Shown: positions 26,039-38,388 of the stretch, piece by piece | Numbering within the stretch: the stretch's first letter is position 1 | Layout: every line of letters begins with the position of its first letter | Assembly (NCBI RefSeq): GCF_963921235.1 | Contig: NC_086108.1 | Span: forward strand, 107,572,001 to 107,636,000 | Direction: 5' to 3' | Length of the DNA stretch: 64,000 nt | Origin: Mobula hypostoma | Taxonomy: Eukaryota | The notes under the pieces: generated by a model | The model's database searches: none | What the model was told of the DNA's origin: nothing | Seen by the model: the letters and a program-made list of their open reading frames with translations, nothing else | Program-made: the position numbers and the translations under genes

Positions 26039-27101
26039 AGGAGCCTCCATTTTTTCTTCCACCCATGTGCCAATTGAAGTCTCTCTTAAACACATGCACT
26101 CTGAAGCCTGTGCAAAAGGAGAGAGACTTCCATGCGTAGGAGGCCCGATCGATTCACCGCATGAGCAATTGGCTGCAATCTCACGATCGATCCAGCACGG
26201 TTCTGCGCAGGTGGTGACACGAGGTTTCTTTGCCTTGTGGCTGCCTGTAAAGTGACAAAGCTCAGGGTTGTATAGTATATACTTCCATTGGTAATAAATG
26301 TACTTTGAACACTTCCTCCACAACCCTCTGCCATTCCCTTTTTTACCAGCTGTCTCCCCTCTCCACTCTCAGTCTAGATGTAGAGTCTTGACCGTAAAAG
26401 TTGGCAATTCCTTTCCCATCCCCCTGCCTGACCTGCTGAGTTCCCTCTGGCATTAGTTATTTAAGCCCAGCACCCCTACTGGGACACAGGCCCCCCGACA
26501 GCAGCTCACCACAGTCCTCTGCCTTGGGATTGTCCACAGGCCTGTGGTGTCAGAATGTAGGCCACACCGGCGGATGCTCATTGGCTGGCCTGTCTTTGGC
26601 TTTCCCTTAGGTTACCACATTACCGGTTGCATAATGGTGCTGGATGACAGAAGGACAATTCTTGACCTCACAATTTATAACCATATAACCATATAACAAT
26701 TACAGCACGGAAACAGGCCATCTCGGCCCTTCCAGACCGTGTCGAACTCTTACTCTCAGTAGATCATAATCTACTGTTACGATCTTGCATTTTACCATTT
26801 ATCTGCACTGCACTATCTCAGTAGCCGTTACACTTTATTCTGCATTGTTATTATTTTACCTTTCTCTACTGCAGTTTACTGCCACATCACTCACCGCAAT
26901 GCCGAACGGACTCCATAGTCTATAGACTCACTTTCAAGGATTCTACACGTATTATTTATTTTCTTTTTCTTTACTTGTATAAATTGTCTTTTTGCACATT
27001 GGTTGCTTGTCAGTCTTTCCTAATTAGAGCTCTCCATAAAATCTATTGCATTTCTCTAGCTTCCTGTAAATGCCTGCAAGAAGATGAGCCTCAAGGTTGT
27101 A

Positions 27102-27626
27102 CAGTACTGAGCAAAAGTCTTAGGCACACGTATATAGCTCGGATGCCTAAGGCTCTTGTACAGCACTGTTGTAATGTTAAGTACTGCACTGTACAGCTGC
27201 TGCAAAAAAGAATTTCATGACATATGTGAGTGGTGATAAACCTGATTCTGATATGGGTCTCTAATGTGGACTGAAAGTAGATAGGGGGCAAGGAGAGGGA
27301 ATCATGGTTGGGAAAAAGGGAAGGGAGCGGAAAGTACCAGATCATTCTGTAATGATCAATAAACCTGTTGTTTGGAATTAAATGACCTTGCCTTATGTCT
27401 CAGGGCTGGGTATGTCCACACCTGTGCCACCCCCTGCCTCTGGCACTCCTTCTCTGCCACCTGTCCCACACCCCTCCCATGGTGCTCCACCCTCACCATT
27501 CCCAACATCCTTTGCTCTGGCCAGATTTACAAACCCGCTCTCTGCTCCACATTGACAAATACAATACTGTGCAGATGTCTCAGGCACCTTAGCTATATAT
27601 ATCCCTAAGATTTTTGCATAGCACTG
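27102..27626. mobile_element. Composite Tc1/mariner-type MITE-cargo-MITE unit flanked by TA
   Basis: Palindromic ~66-bp MITEs at 27102-27168 and 27562-27626 (TIR about CAGTACTG.GCAAAAGTCTTAGGCAC); an inverted second copy lies at 53502-53997. Confidence 0.7.
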
Positions 27627-28204
27627 TATATGTACTTGGATAATAAATTTACTTGGAACTTGCGCTTGGTAATGATCTGATCCATATGAACAGTATGCAA
27701 GACACGCTTTTTGCTGAATCTCAGTGATATTAATAAACCAACACCAATACTAAAGAGAAAGTGAGCATTGATGGAAGAAAGGAAATGTTCAATCTTATGA
27801 TTTAAAAATTTAAAGAGGCATCTTTAGTAATTTGTAAGTTCAGGAAGGAGTGTGATATTTTCAAAAAAGTAACCCTTAGGAAGAGCAAGGAAACAGCAAA
27901 GCTGTGTTTAATAGCTTGGCTTCCTGCCAATGTACATAGTTCTGTTTAGAAAAAAGTGAACTGTTTTAAATACTAACAGCATCAACTGTGATCTGAAGGA
28001 AGCCACCAGGAAGCACGTGCCTCAGTCTAAATTTTTGGCTTCTGTCTCTTGATGTGTGTAAACAGACCTTTAGTTTTCTTCCATCCCTGGGGCGATTTGT
28101 AAATCATCAGATGTAGGGAAATCCCCTGTCCCATCGCCAGAAATAAATCACAGACAACCACTCTCAACTTATTGCTTATTTATTTATTTTGGAGTCTCTA
28201 AGCC

Positions 28205-28316
28205 GCACGTCATACGTTTGCGCCTCACTTAAAAGTACATACGAACATACGGTTTCTCCCAGCTCCGTGTTTTTACTTTCAATTAGTTCATATGCTTTGG
28301 AGCCACAAACATAACA
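28205..28316 (+). mobile_element. 5' LTR (3' part only) of a Ty3/gypsy element
   Basis: Aligns with 31510-31632; both end AAACATAACA; followed directly by the PBS. Confidence 0.8.
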
Positions 28317-28317
28317 G

Positions 28318-28329
28318 TGGCAATGAGGA
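28318..28329 (+). promoter_or_regulatory. Primer binding site, tRNA-Ser(GCU) type
   Basis: TGGCAATGAGGA is a CpG-decayed TGGCGACGAGGA, complementary to the tRNA-Ser(GCU) 3' end UCCUCGUCGCCA. Confidence 0.7.
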
Positions 28330-28502
28330 AGTTTTAAAGGAACCCGAGACCTGTTGAAGTGCAGCACGACATTCCAGTTTTTTAAAAAAGTGCAGCATGT
28401 GCTTCCTCAGGAATGGGCAGAGACTGTCGACATTAAAGAAAAGGGTGAAAATGGAGAAAATCGCGGGTTCATAAACAGTGAGTAAATTTATAAAAAGCAG
28501 GA

Positions 28503-29760
28503 ATGCTTAGCTACAGTGGAAGGATTCACGCATTTGATTACACAACAGATAACTAGCTGCTGTAGACGGAATTAATTGAACAATATTTTAAAGCAAAATG
28601 GAATAGCCAATGAGAAACAAACAAACACCATTGGGTGGAAAAGCATACAGTTTTCTGACAAACTTGACTGCTCTGACCAAACCAGCCGAAATGAGCTTTG
28701 CTCATATCTTGAATGCAATGCGGGAACATTTAGAACCAAAACTATTGTTGATTGCAGAATGCTTTAGATTTAATAAGTGCAATCAAAAGGAAAGGGAGTC
28801 CATTTCAGCTTATGTGGCTGAATTGAATAGGTTGTCTGAACAATGTCAGTTCAGTGATTGAATTGAATTGACTTTATTTCTTGCATCCTTCATATACATG
28901 AGGAGTAAAAATCTCTACATTACCTCTGATGGGCTTAATGATGCACTGAGAAATTATTTAGTTTATGGAATCATACAAGAAAGCATTCAAAAATGGCTCC
29001 TAACTGAAGCATAACTTACATTTAAAAGAACAGTTAAAATAGCTGTATCAATGGAAACAACAGACAGAGACGGAATTGAGTTGCAGTTAGGATGAAAGTG
29101 ACTGTGAACAAAATTGCAACGTCTAAAAGCAGAAACTAGCTCGCCTGAACAAATTGTGTTACTGTTGTGGCAGAGGCTCACATACACCAGACCAATTCTG
29201 GTTCAAAGGTGAAATTTGCAGAAAATGCAACACAGTAGGACACATACAAATAACATATCAGGCAGACAAATGTAAATGAGTTGTACAGGAAGAGAAAAAG
29301 ACAAAAAGCTGAGTTGCAGTTTCATAATGATGAGAGTGATGCAGGACTGGAAGCCTTGAGATTAAAAACTAATGATAGACAAGCAATATGGTTTATGCCA
29401 GAAATGAATGGCAAATTAATTTAAATTGAATTGGACACTGTGTCAGCTGTTTCAATCATTTTCCAAAATGGGTTTGCATGACATTTCAAAGATGCTGAAC
29501 TGAAACCTCCAGATATCCAACAAAGAACTTATACTGGAGAAAAGATCATTTCTGTGGAAATGACACTGTTAACAGTGAAATACAACAACGAACAAGCCAC
29601 ACTGGGCTTTTATATGGTGAAAAACAGGAGGGCCGCATTGTTGAGATGTGATTGCCTGAGACAACTACAACTTAATTGGAAATCCATTCATCAGTTGCAT
29701 GCCACGTCCTCTGCATTAGAGTCAAATGAAAGTGAATCAAGAAAGGTGCTGGATGATGTC
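28503..29760 (+). pseudogene. Ty3/gypsy gag-protease, disrupted
   Basis: Gag motif IAECFRFNKCNQKERESISAYVAELNRLSEQCQF; two degenerate CCHC knuckles (29157-29258); protease IELDTVSAVSII (DT at 29434-29439); several stops and frameshifts plus a ~70-bp insert near 28858-28928. Confidence 0.85.
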
Positions 29761-29814
29761 CCTACTGTCTCCAGGCTGAGCACCATGAACTATTGTCCAA
29801 CAGAGGGCAAACGG

Positions 29815-30710
29815 GTGTTGGTGACAAACTCTGTGCCTCCAGCTGGAAAACGTATAGGACCATGGAAGGAGCGTGCAACTCAGAAGAACCATGAAAGTGA
29901 CGAAAGCAGCGGTCTGACTGCAACAGTTTTTGTGGGCAACCTATCTGAGCATGCTTCCGATCGGTTAATCAGGCAGTTACTTGTGTAAGCTGGAAGAGAG
30001 TTCAAGGAGATTCAGGAAAGTTGCAAGCATTCGGCTTTTGTGAGTATAAAGAACCAGAATCTGTTCTGTGAGCATTAAGGTTGTTGCATGAACTTCAAGT
30101 GGGAGACAAAAAGCTACTTGTAAAAGTAGATGCAAAGACCAAAGCCCAGCAGGATGAGTGGAAAGGCAAAAAGAAAGGAGTCAGTGGAAATACGGAAACA
30201 GAGAATTGGTCAGATGATGTTGTGGATGAGGAAACCAAGAAGAGAGATCAGATCATAAAGGGAGCAATGGAAGGATTAACGAGAATACTCCAGTGAACTA
30301 AATGCACCTTCCCAAGATCAAGATGCACAAGCTCAAAAGAAGCAAAAGGAAAAGAAAGAGGATGACACGAGTGCTATGGAAATAGAAGAGGATAAACGAG
30401 ATCTCAAGAAATTAGCAAATTCAGAGAAACTGACAAGAAAGTAGAAAAAGAAAAATGAAGGCAAGAAGAAGAAAGATGGACAAGAAGTTGAAAAAAGAAA
30501 GAAGGAACTTGACAGGAATACAGCGGGAATGAGATCATGAGCAGGAAGGAGACTGTGAGCAAGATCATGACAGGGATCGTGAGAGAACCAAGGATAAGGA
30601 AAGGGAGCGTGACTGAGAAAGGGATCGAGAGTGGGATAAAGAGAGAGAAAGAAGCTGGGACCAGGAGAGAAGCAAGGACCAAAGTAGATCCTGTGAGAGA
30701 AAAGGAGAAG
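29815..30710 (+). pseudogene. RBM25: Processed RBM25 fragment (RRM and RE/RD-rich region) inside the LTR element
   Basis: TVFVGNLSEHASDRLIRQLL / SWKRVQGDSGKLQAFGFCEYKEPESVL*ALRLLHELQVGDKKLLVKVDAKTKAQQDEWK / EYSSELNAPSQ / EEDKRDL are colinear with vertebrate RBM25 as I recall it; no introns; stops and frameshifts present. Confidence 0.93.
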
Positions 30711-31024
30711 AAATGTTGAAAGGCATGGACAGAGTGGATGTGGCAAAGTTGTTTCCCCTGATGGGGGAGTCTAGTAAGAGAGGGCATGACTTAAAGATTG
30801 AAGGGCACCCATTCAGAACAGAAATGCAAAGAAATTTTTTTAGCCAGAGGGTGGTGAATCTATGGAATTTGTTGCCACGGGTGGCAGTGGAGGCCAAGTC
30901 ATTGGGTGTATTTAAGGCAGAGATTGATAGGTATCTGAGTAGCCAGGGCATCAAAGGTTATGGTGAGAAGGCAGATGAGAAGAACGTTGAATGGCCAACT
31001 TCTGCTCCTTTGTCTTATGGTCTA
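30711..31024 (+). mobile_element. CR1 3' fragment inserted at the RBM25/gypsy 3' junction
   Basis: ORF 30713-31111 (RGHDLKIEG, NFFSQRVVNLWN) and a TCTTATGGTCT tail. Confidence 0.9.
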
Positions 31025-31386
31025 AGAAAGGTGTCCAGAGCTGTCAGTAGCACTTCCTGCAATCTCAGAATCAACTCCTACAACCACCATGGAGGAAGTC
31101 CCAGAATCTGAGATTGTTTCACAGCCACAAGTCTCACCTGCCAAGTAGAGTGATCTGCTTTGTCAACAAAGATGTTATTCCACAAGAGTAAGAAATCTTC
31201 CACAGTGATTAAATCCTTAGGCCTGAATGGGACAATTTAAAATTTACTATGCTGTGGATGTCTATGTATGTAGTAGTTGTCTTGTATAGTATACTGCATG
31301 TATACTGTATATACACATATACACAGTATATCTACAGTGTATAAGTTGAGATATTGAGTTGGAGTTTATAGATAAGCAGAGAGGAG
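31025..31386 (+). mobile_element. Gypsy pol C-terminal tail, 3' UTR and polypurine tract
   Basis: Degenerate RCYSTRVRNLPQ*LNP* end resembling post-integrase RxYPxRxRxPP tails; PPT AAGCAGAGAGGAG at 31374-31386. Confidence 0.65.
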
Positions 31387-31632
31387 TGTTGTGTGTTTAA
31401 TATATCAGTAATATTTGATTAATATTGCAAATAAATTGTTTGATTAAGCATGCTTTGATGTTTAAATAATTTATTATGGTTATATGTACAAAGTATATGT
31501 CATCACGGACACCATGTCAAAAGTGGACACCTTGGTTAAAAGTAAATATGAATGTACAGAATTTCTCCCGACTCCATGTTTTTGCTTTCAATTACCTGTA
31601 GCTTTTATGCTATGAAGTTACGAAACATAACA
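31387..31632 (+). mobile_element. 3' LTR (246 bp)
   Basis: TGTTGTG...CATAACA termini; directly after the PPT; homologous to 28205-28316. Confidence 0.85.
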
Positions 31633-32349
31633 GCAAGGACTATATGAACGGGCATAACGTTTAGGTGATTAACGTCAAAGATACACACACAAAATGCAAG
31701 AGGAACTGGTCAAGGCTCTTGGCTCAAAACGTTGACTGTTTGTTCATTTCCATAGACGCTGCCTGAACTGTTGAGTTCCTCCAACATTTTGTGAGTGTTG
31801 CTGTGGATTTCTGCAGATTCCCTTGTGTTTATAATATCAGAGGTAAGTTTTTTACACAGAGAGTGATGGATACGGGGAATGTGCTGCCAGGGGTGGTGGG
31901 AGAGGCAGATACATTCGCGACATTTAAGAGGCTCTGAGATATGGACGATAAATGGAGGCTATGTGGTAATGAAGAGTTAGATTGATCTTGGAGTAGGTTA
32001 GAAGTTTTGCACAACATCATGGGCTGAATGGCCTTTAGCATGCCATATCCTGCTATAACAACATACTGTCGATGGCAGGCACGGCAGCCCGTGTGTGTCA
32101 ATGCAGCAGACAACAAGCTGGAGGAACTCATCAGGTCAGTCAGCATCTATGGAGAGAAGTGGGCAGTCATCATTTTGGATGTATACCTTTCATTAGTACT
32201 GGGCTTATGAAGGGTCTCAATCCAAAATGTCACTAACTATTTCCCAGCATAGAATATTGCCTGACCTGCTGAGTCCTCCAGTGTTTACGTGTTGCTCCAG
32301 ATTTCCAGTGTATACAGTCTCTAGTCTGGGGGAATGAATGACTGCAATA

Positions 32350-32778
32350 ACAGAGGCTTTCTAACCCATTGGCCAGACTGCACTTGGAGATTGTGAGCTT
32401 ATCTAAGAAAGGATGTACTGACATTGGAGAGGGTCCAGAGAAGGTTCACAAAAATTATGCCAGGAATTAAAGGGTTAACATATGAGTATTTGATGGCTCT
32501 GGCCTGTGCTCACTGAAGTTTAGAAGAAAGAGGGGGAAACTCATTGAAACCTCGAACATTGAAAGGCCTAGTTAGGTTGGACTGGAGTGGATACTTCCAA
32601 TAATAGGAGAGTATAGGACCAGAGAGCACAAGCTCAGAATAGAAGGACATCCCAATTGAACGGAGATAAGGAAGTATTTCTTTAGCCAGAGGTTGGTGAA
32701 TTTGTGGAGTTCATTGCCACAGATGGCTGGGGAGGCCAAGATATTATATATATTTAAAGCAGAGGCTGATAGGTTGTG
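32350..32778 (+). mobile_element. CR1 3' fragment, decayed
   Basis: Homology to 19363-20022. Confidence 0.75.
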
Positions 32779-33419
32779 ACACATCACAATAGTAGGGAAG
32801 GCGGAAGAAGGGTCCCCATGTGACTGGACCCTGACTCCGATCTGTCGGGGATGATGTGGTTACCTGTGTATCAGTCTCCCCACGTTACACAAAGTCTCAC
32901 ACAGAATCCACTGTAAAATCCCAGATTAAATCCCGTGGCAAAGGGGTCAGGATTATAAGGTCTGGAAGTCCCTACTCTATTTTGGATCTGGATCGGCCTC
33001 CACAGCCACCCGAAATCCCAGCAACAGACAACCACTTCGGAAAACATCATACTCGACTCAAGTGACTGGCTTACTATAAACAGTGACCGTCTATTGTTAG
33101 ATGTTGCTATCTGACCATGGCTAGCAAGGATTTTTCTTCCAGAAGTATAAATTCAAGACACTCGCTCTGAGTCAAAGAAAATCCAATCCACTTACGGCAG
33201 GCTGTCTTTAATTGCGCAGTAATGATCTTCTAAGTATTTGTGGCTTGGCTGATGTAATGTAATTGATTCCGTCGGTTCAATTTGGGAAAACCTCCTTAAT
33301 GTTTAGTGTGGAAATTGCTTTTTGTACATTTTAGATTGTAACTTATTGTATGTTTTTGTTCAATGGAAAACGCATTTAAGCCTCGATGAATCCATTTGAA
33401 TCACAATTAGACTGACTAA

Positions 33420-33617
33420 CAGGTTACACTGGAGGAAGTGACATCACCAGGACACCAGGTGCTCATATGACCATCTTGACGTGACTCGGATTGGGTGTGC
33501 TGGGACACAGGGAGTCTAAGCAGCTGTTTCACCTTGCCCAAGGGTGACCTGTAGGCTAACGGAATGAAGGAGCACCTTACACCTCCTTTGGTAGCAATGT
33601 ATCTCCACTCCGCCACC
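33420..33617 (-). mobile_element. Partial copy of the RTE-related non-autonomous element at 48975-49350
   Basis: Shared CTACCAAAGGAG.TGTAAG...TCACCCTTGG..AAGGTG block. Confidence 0.65.
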
Positions 33618-34082
33618 CAACCTGCATGAATATTTATCCATAAATCCCAAAGCCAGTACCCTTGTGACTTCTAATACAGGACGGCGTGTAATATTGTACT
33701 GCGTGTGTGACAAGGAATGTTTGCCATCATGATGTTCTTGAGCGAATCTGATTTATTGGCCTCAAATTTACATCACTAATTTGGGCACAAGAGATTGAAT
33801 TCACCATAATTATGTGCTTGAAAGAATCCTTGGATTTACACTACCAGATTCATCTTGAGATTCTGCAGATAAAGCAACATACATACAATGCTAGAGGAAC
33901 TCAACAGGTCAGGCAGCATCTGTCTTGAATTGATGTTGGGACCAAGGTTCTTCACTGGACAGCATTTTTAAGGTATTATATTAAAATAATCATTATATTA
34001 TTCTTTTTGGTCTAAAATCTAGACAGATGTGAGGACAGTAAGCTGTTGGTGTTGGATTCAAGTTTATTGTCATTCAAACGCT

Positions 34083-34110
34083 TATATATATATATATATA
34101 TATATATATA
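34083..34110. repeat. (TA)n microsatellite
   Basis: Direct reading. Confidence 0.95.
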
Positions 34111-34725
34111 ACTAAATGAAACAGACTGAAATGTAAATCACAACACAAAAATCACATACAGTACATAAAATAATATTAACCCAATACAATTAATATTCTG
34201 TAAATGTGCAAGTTGACATATGTTTAACTGTACGACATATAGTTAAATATACAACAGTATAATGCTACTGCCGCTGTCATAAATAATGTGTACTGGGTGG
34301 TAGCAGGCTTTTCAGGAGTCTCACAGCCTGGGGGAAGAGATAATACCCAGCCTAGCAGTCCACATTTTTCTACTGTGATACCTTCAGCCTGACGGTGGGA
34401 GGACAAAGAGATTGTGGGACGGTTGGAAAGCGTTCTGTATTGGATGAGCAAGATCACATCCTGTATTAGAGATGCAAAGTAGTCTTAACCTGACCTTGAC
34501 TGTGTGTAATAGATCAATCCAAGGTGTCGGGTGTTACATCTCTGCGGGGATGTCAACAGTTGATCCAAGACGACCAAGTGAAGTTGTCAAGTTTCTAGTT
34601 CCCCAGAAAGTCCAAGAATTTGTGTGTAATCTCTCAAACGCTGTTTCAAGAAGAGAAAATTTAACCACTTGGAAAAATTATACTTTGAACATTGTTATGT
34701 ACAGTGTATGTCGAATATTGACTCA

Positions 34726-35491
34726 TAGTGAAGTCCACTTTACTAGCTGCGCATGTACACCTGTTCATTAATGCAAATATCTAACAAAACAAACATGTGG
34801 CAGCAATTCAATGCATAAAAGCATGCAGACATGGTCAAGAGGTTCAGTTGTTCAGACCAAACATCAAAATGGGGGAGAAATGTGAACTAAGTGACCTTGA
34901 CCATGGAATGGTTATTGGTGCCAGGGAGGGTGATTTGAGTACCTCAGTAACTGCTGATCTCCTGGGGGTTTCAAGCACAACAAACTCTAGAGTTTATAGA
35001 GAGTGGTGTGAAAAACTAAAAGCATTATGTGAGTGGCACTTCTGTGGACAATAATGCCTTGTTAATGAAAGAAGTCAGAGGAGAATGGCTAGATTGGTTC
35101 AAGCTGACAGGAAGGCAAATTTAACTCAAATAACCACACATTACAACAGAGGTGTGCAGATGAACACTCAGCATGTTGAATATTGAAGAAGGTGGCTACA
35201 TTAGCAGAAGACCATGAATATATACCTGTAAACATGAGGAAATCTGCAGATGCTGAAATTTCAAGCAACACACATAAAAATTGCTGGTGAATGCAACAGG
35301 CCAGGCAGCACCTATACGGAGAGGTACAGTCGACGTTTTGGGCCGAGACCGTTCGTCCGGTCTTGGCCCGGAACGTCGACTGTACCCTTTCCTATAGATG
35401 CTGCCTGGCCTAGCAATTTTTAAACATATACCTATACTTGGTGGCCACTTCAGAAGCTACAGGAGGTACCTATTAAAGTGGCCACTGAATG
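34726..35491 (+). mobile_element. Non-autonomous Tc1-like DNA transposon with nested PLE insert (about 35228-35425)
   Basis: TIR about CAGTGGCCACTTTA; N-terminal HTH remnant MGEKCELSDLDHGMVIGARE...TADLLG...SRVYREW. Confidence 0.8.
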
Positions 35492-36769
35492 TAGCTTTTC
35501 AAGTTTTTCGTGCTTTCTGATCACACAATCCACTACTCACTTTCTGCATTCTATAATCTGCTCGACCCCTATAAGATTTCTTGAAGATTTTAATTTGGGG
35601 CTCTTCAGAGAAGAAAATCTGCTTTTGTCTTGGTGGCTTCATTTGCAATCCCATCTCTTGCCTGCCCTTGAATTGGGCCATGAAAACAAGGACATAGCTT
35701 TTTCCCTTTAGAGCATCAGTAATCACTGATTGGGGTTCAATTGCCACTACTATCTGTTAGGAGTTTCTACGCTCTTACGATGACCATGCACATTTCCTCC
35801 GGGTGCCCTGGTTTCCTCTCACATTCTAAAGATGTATTTCTAGTATCTTGTGGGCATGCTTTGTTGGCGCTGGAAGCGTGGCAATAATTGTCAGCTGCCC
35901 CCTGCACATCATTGGACTGTGTTGGTCTTCGGTAAAACGAACCATTTCACTGTGTATGTTTCAATATAATGTGGAGCAAAAAGCTGAAATCTTAAAAGAG
36001 GTATAAGTCTTCTGACACAGAGTGGTTGATGACTGGAATAGGCTGCTGGGGTGGTACTGACAGCAGGTACAATAGTTGTGTCTAAGAGGCCTTGAGGCTG
36101 ACAGATGAACAGAGAGGGGATGGAGGAATACAGACTTTGTGCAGATAGGGAGGATCAACTTCGTTTACCATTGAGGGCCAAGGGACCCGCTCCTGTGCTG
36201 TGCTGCTCTATGTTTCGTGTAACCCACTCAGGCTAGTGGCAACTAGGGAAAGGCAATAAATGGCAACACTGTGAGGTCTGTGTTACATTCATTTCTCCTT
36301 GAATTCAAGCACTTAATCATTGAGAATATTTTTCCAAAACACTAAGCAAGCCTGCTGCCTCTCTGCAACTCTCGTCCTTTACAATGGCCACTTTGGACAT
36401 TAACCCCCTTAAGGATTAACACTGGTGTTTGGTTTGATAATGTTTCTTTGGGACACTTAGTTCTTTTAAAGGTGTTAGATAAAGACATGTTGATGCATTT
36501 AGCAACAGATTGTAAATATGACTGTGGCTTTACAATGAAGAAACATCTGGCATCTGAATCAGATTTATGATCACTGATGTAAGCATCCCACATCTGGACT
36601 GAAGGAACGAGTGGAAATAACCTTTTCCACCTCTGGTGCAGACAAGTGTGAGATGCTGCACTTTGGGAGGACAAACCAGACAAGGAATTACCCAGTGAGG
36701 GTCATAAAGAGAGCTTTTAGCACAGTGGCCTTTATTAATCAAAATATTGAAGACACTTCATCGCCATCC

Positions 36770-37660
36770 ACCTCAACGGTGATGATGATTCAGCATATAG
36801 GAAGGAAATTGAAAATCTGTCTGAGTGGTGCCACAACAACAACCTCTCACTCAATGTCAGCAAGACCAAGGAGCTGATTATCGACTTCAGGAGGAGGAAA
36901 CCAGTGGCCCATGAGCCAGTCCTCATCAGGAGATCAGAGGTGGAGAGGGTCAGCAAGTTTAAATTCCTTTGTTTTGTCATTTCTGAGGATCTTTCCTGGA
37001 TCCAGCACGTAAATGCCATTATGAAGAAAGCACGGCAGCGCCTCTACTTTGTTAGAAGTTTGCAAAGATTTGACATGACAGCTAAAACTTTGACAAATAT
37101 CTACAGATGTGTGGTGGAGGGTACGTTGACTGCTTGCATCATGGCCTGGAATGGAAACACCAATGTCCTTGAATGGAAAAGTTTACAAAAAGTAGTGGGT
37201 ATGGCCTGGTCTATCATGGGTAAAGCCTTTCTCACCAAGGAGCACATTTACATGGAGTGTTGTCACAGGAAAGCAGCATCCATCATCAAGGACCCCCACC
37301 TCCTCTTGGTCATGCTCTCAGTTGCCATCAGGAAGGAGGTCCTGGAGCCTCAGAACTCACACCACCAGTTTCAGACAGTTATTACAATTCAACCATCAGG
37401 CTCTTGAATCAGAGGGGAGAATTTCACTCTTCACTCATCCCAGCACTGAACTGTTCCTACAATCTATACACTCACTGTCTAGGACTCTTCATCTCATGCT
37501 GTCGATATTTATTGCTTATTATTGTCTTGTTCATTTTTTTTCATTTGCAGTTTGTTGTCATTGATCCTATTGTGTTTCTTTGTATTTACTGTGTATGCAC
37601 ACAAGAATATGAATCATGGTGAAATATATGTACATTGATAATAAATTTTGAACTTTAAAC
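36770..37660 (+). mobile_element. Rex1/Babar 3' fragment
   Basis: ORF 36904-37407 (KFKFL, KKARQRLYF, YRCVVE) and a TTGAAC-like tail. Confidence 0.85.
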
Positions 37661-38388
37661 CTACCTTCCCCCTCACCTGGCTTCACTTATCACCTGTCAG
37701 CATGTACTCCCCCCCCCCCCCCACTTCTTATTCTGGCTTCTCAACCCTTCCTTTTCAACTCTGTTGATTGGTCATGGCCTGAAATGTCAACCGTTTATTC
37801 CTCTCCAAAGATGCTGTCAGACCTGCTGAGTTCCTCCACCATTTTGTGTGAGTTGCTCAAGTGTTCCAGCGTCTGCAGAGTGTCCTGTGCGTTCAGGTTT
37901 TTAACTTGAAACGTTGACAATTCTGCTCCCTCCACAGATACTGCTCGGCCCACTGAGTTCCTCTAGCAGATTGCTTGCTGCTCCAGATTTATTCTACTTG
38001 TGTTGTTTTGCGTGAAGCTCTTTCAAGAAAGGCATAGGATGCCTGAGAGTATGTTCCAGTGAAGTACTGGAACGGGAATTGGTTGTTTACTGCTACACGT
38101 ATGGTGATACAGTGAAATGCTTGTCTTGTGTATTCTTCAGATAGCTCCACCTCCCTCATCCCCCACCTACCTGGCAAGAACTATCCCCTCCTAGCTTTTC
38201 CAGCTTCCCCTACCTCCACTTTCTTACCCTGGCATCCTCCTCCTTCCCGTCCAGTCCTGAGGAAGGATCTCAGCCCAGAGCATCGACTGTTTATCTCTCT
38301 CTATAGATGCTGCCTGACCTGTTGGGTTCCTCCAGCGTTTTGTGTGTGTTGAACTGGATTTCCAACATCTGTACAATCTCTTTGTGTT
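37645..38388. repeat. Inverted duplication, arm 1 (partner 50371-51115)
   Basis: Same ordered mosaic of repeat pieces plus shared spacer; 38029-38049 is the exact reverse complement of 50696-50716. Confidence 0.85.

Noticed and set aside
29815..30710. The functional RBM25 locus
   Set aside because: It has no introns, an in-frame TGA, frameshifts, and lacks the N-terminus and PWI domain.
33495..33617. HDV-like ribozyme on the minus strand (GGGTGGC/GTCACCC 7-bp helix)
   Set aside because: I found no P3/L3 of suitable size; simple nested hairpins explain the pairing.
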